NCBI GenBank assembly: GCA_021432655.1 | Contig: MU271231.1 | Coordinates: 62,001 to 126,000 of the forward strand | Origin: Atractiella rhizophila | Taxonomy: Eukaryota | Length of the DNA stretch: 64,000 nt | Reading direction: 5' to 3' | Part shown: positions 61,001 through 64,000 of the stretch, one piece after another | Layout of the letters: each line of letters starts with the position of its first letter | How positions within the stretch are numbered: the first letter of the stretch is position 1 | Notes under the pieces: model-generated | Seen by the model: the letters and a program-made list of their open reading frames with translations, nothing else | Database searches by the model: none | What the model was told of the DNA's origin: nothing | Position numbers and translations under genes: made by a program

Positions 61001-62671
61001 TGTCGAAATTTCGGCAGACACATCTTTTCCCTCGAATTCATCAGATTGAGTCACATGATGCCTTGTTGACCTAAAACAACCACAGATATGTCAATCCGGC
61101 CGACTCAGAACTGAGAGCGGAGAGGAAATAGAGAAGATGCTGAATGGCAATGCCAGGATTGAAGGACATGAACCCAGGACCGACCTCGAAGCCAGACGAG
61201 CCCATCACTCGATGAAGGAAAGTACTCCACACCATTCATGTCCAATACCATTCATGTCCAATACCCTTTGATATGACCCTGACAGTTCGTTGTGTTAGTG
61301 GGTTGCATTGGGTAATTCACAAACCTGCGGGAAAACTATGAGGACTGGTTCGAGCTAGCCTGTAAGAGTGGATCGAGTGCTTAACTTACTGATTACTATC
61401 ACCTCATCGGGAGAACTAGACCCGTGTAGGACCGTAAAATCTGCAAGAGAATAAAGCTTGCTCGATGCTTTCCTCCAGACGTAAACTTCCTCTGTTGCAT
61501 TCATCTCTGGTGAAGACTGATGACACAGAAAGTATCTGGAAAATGAAGATACGGATTGATGAAGATGAAGTGAATTACCTCTGAGGCGAAACTGAGATTG
61601 GGCTCCCTTTAAGGAGGGAAAACAGAGCTGGAGGAGAAGAATCAAGGCTCAGTGCGAGCGATCAGTGACCTGATTCATTAGCTCAATCGCAAAGTTTGGA
61701 GCGCCCGTCTCAGACAATGACATGGAACCGGACCTCTAATTTCAGACGCGAAGGCTCGATCAAGGCGTCCAAACATGAGAAAGCCGGAGATTTAGCTTTT
61801 AACAAACAAAGATTGTTCATGGCCGATCGCGACAATCACATCATGGTCCGTCAAGAAGCCTCGAGAGTTGGAAGAGAAGGACACGACTGCTGACTGCAGG
61901 AGGGGTCATAACAACCTCAAAGAGATGACGAATTTGAGGCCTTGAACGGAGCTGGAACGAAGTTATGCAGTTCACCTACGAACTGCCAATGGAAGTATTC
62001 GATTCTGGCGCACTTGTTGTCAGAGTTTGGCACCTTTTTAAGCTGCATTCATGCCACTGTCATTTGTGGCTCTAGTTTTCTTTCCCCTTTGCCATTTCCC
62101 TCATTTTGCCAAGTTCCTTAAAGTATAAAAAGCCCATTGTAACTTCATTGTAATTCCTTCCTTTCGACCCTTGGAATCAACACTTGTTGATCATGAATCA
62201 GTGTCACAGCATTGACAGCCTTTCTATGAGCAATCCTTTTGCCATCGAAACAGCCCTCCGCCATGGCCGGGACAATAAGTAACTGCAGCCAATCGGGTAT
62301 TGCTTGCTAAACGAGCAGCCGACAAAAGTGACGCCGAATTCCGCATACTTCCTTCCGTAGTTCATTTGGCTTGCAATAGAAAGAATGACCGGTTGCACTA
62401 TTTGCTTGATCCGTGACGGTGAAAACGGGGCTGTACGATGAGGCTCATCAATTTGATGACGGTTAACTTTGGCTTGTGCGGGTTTCTTAGGGCGTTTTAT
62501 CGGGCTAACAGTTAATGTTGTGAAGTAGAAGGTGCCATATTGATTTCGATTGCGATTGCGACATTGTCGTGACGGATTTCGGCGTCTGGATGGTCGGCCG
62601 CTCGTTTCAATTGGTGATTTAGGGAAGGGAGAGTTTTCTGCGGCGAATGACAAAGAAAGGGAGCGGCCGAC

Positions 62672-63857
62672 TAGGGATGCACAACGTGGCGTGGCGTGAC
62701 GTGTGTAGGGGGCGATGTGAGCTTCGTCACATCAAGTGAATGCGGGCGGATACGGGGAGACGTGTTCCATTCGCTGAGTCGCACGTCAAAGGTGGCTGTA
62801 ACGGGTTTGTAGCCGGCACACGCCTCATGTCGTGTAATAACATGCAATGTTGACATTACTAGGCTAGATAATGTAAAATAAAGCGTGTTGAGTGAAGCTG
62901 AGAAGTCAAGATGTGAATGTATGTATAAAGAACTTTTAAGCATGCTCAACTTGAATTTCCTTTTGCAATGGCAGCCAGATCTGCCTTTTGTTTCTTTGCC
63001 TTTCGATCTCTCTCCGATCGTAGTTGAGCCTTAAGAACCATGAGAGACTGAATAGTGTTGGGCTTGAGGCGTGTGCGGCAGATCCATATCGTTCTCGTGC
63101 TCCGCTGAAGATGTATTCCAAAACTACCGAATAGCCTAAAAATGAATAATCAGCCTCAGAATTGAATAAGAAGACGAATGAAGGAAACCCAAACCAGGAG
63201 TGGACATAATATCCCATGCCATTTGAGACCACTCCTTCAAATCCGTTTTCGACCTCGTGCGATAGATTTCCAGAGGATCCTCCATCCAGATCAGTGGAGG
63301 GAGACTAAACTAGATATTTGGTTGCAAGTCCTCATCTTCTTGAAACACCTTCATACGCTGATTAGCCTTCTGCGTAAGTTTTGCTGAATACGAGAGTGTT
63401 GCTACCGTTTTGTACTGTCAAGCTGCGATGGTGCGGAAGAACAAGAGTTGTCGGAGGAAGATGGTTTGCTGCCTTCGATTAACACTTTGGGATCCACACT
63501 TGAATGGAGCACTGGAGCGACTGAGGCGAGACTAGTCAGAAGAAGAATCTGGTCTTACATTGGACAGGCACCAGGTGCACAAAGGAACCTCTGACTTCTT
63601 GTTCTTGATGAGCCAGCCGACCTGACCTGGTTGACTAAAAGATCCTACATAAATTGCACAGCTATAGAAATCTGGAGCCACGTTAGAGACGTGTTGGCGT
63701 ACGAAGACGGGAACACTCCTTCATGTCTGCCACACGTCTTCCCGTCCCGTCAAAAATGCGTGCGGTTCGAGACGTGTTTACTGAGCTCCACACACGCCAA
63801 AAAAGATGGGAACGAATTACGGGTTCCGGACCCATCACGCCCCGTTGTGCATCCCTG
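62672..63857. mobile_element. Non-autonomous hAT-like element (or two facing hAT ends)
   Basis: TAGGGATGCACAACG at 62672 and CGTTGTGCATCCCTG ending 63857 form a 15-bp inverted repeat with a T/C mismatch at base 1, resembling Ac-type YAGGGATG. The flanking 8-mers do not match. Confidence 0.65.
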
Positions 63858-64000
63858 GCACTGGTATCCCCACACAAATGAGGCTGTAAGCACTTGCTTC
63901 TCTCTATGAAGGCTTCAAATGGTACTAACTTTGCCTTTATCTTTGCAGGAAGCTCTTAGTGACCTGATACTCAACCTTCCTTGTCATCTGGTCTCGGAAT

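Noticed and set aside
58700..61300. Fragmentary minus-strand coding-like sequence (similar cases at 34200-37330, 39935-41080 and 47960-49600)
   Set aside because: Probably decayed multi-exon genes, but no motif could be identified with enough confidence to name.

Overview
Eukaryotic, almost certainly fungal DNA. Short spliceosomal introns and the gene and transposon families present suggest a basidiomycete (inference). The window is a transposon-rich accessory region. Its main features are two paralogous NLR-like genes (patatin - STAND NTPase - 40-aa TPR repeats; about 10.8-14.1 kb and 28.9-32.2 kb, both minus strand). Both patatin domains lack the catalytic DGG aspartate and the oxyanion-loop Arg, and their near-identical 120-bp TPR units vary at a few codons. 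Other genes are a BTB gene, three F-box-type genes (two are close paralogs sharing a GC-AG intron), an NCS1 permease, a DUF1349-like fragment, a protein with a duplicated hydrophobic hairpin, and a DEDDh exonuclease fragment near a short telomere-like repeat. Mobile DNA includes a full-length hAT element with an 8-bp TSD, further hAT remnants, two Helitron copies sharing one internal deletion and a CTTG 3' end, a nested 300-bp mini-Helitron, and two Ty1/copia remnants. Many genes carry 1-bp homopolymer indels, so some 'pseudogenes' may be consensus errors. All assignments come from manual motif recognition; no searches were run.
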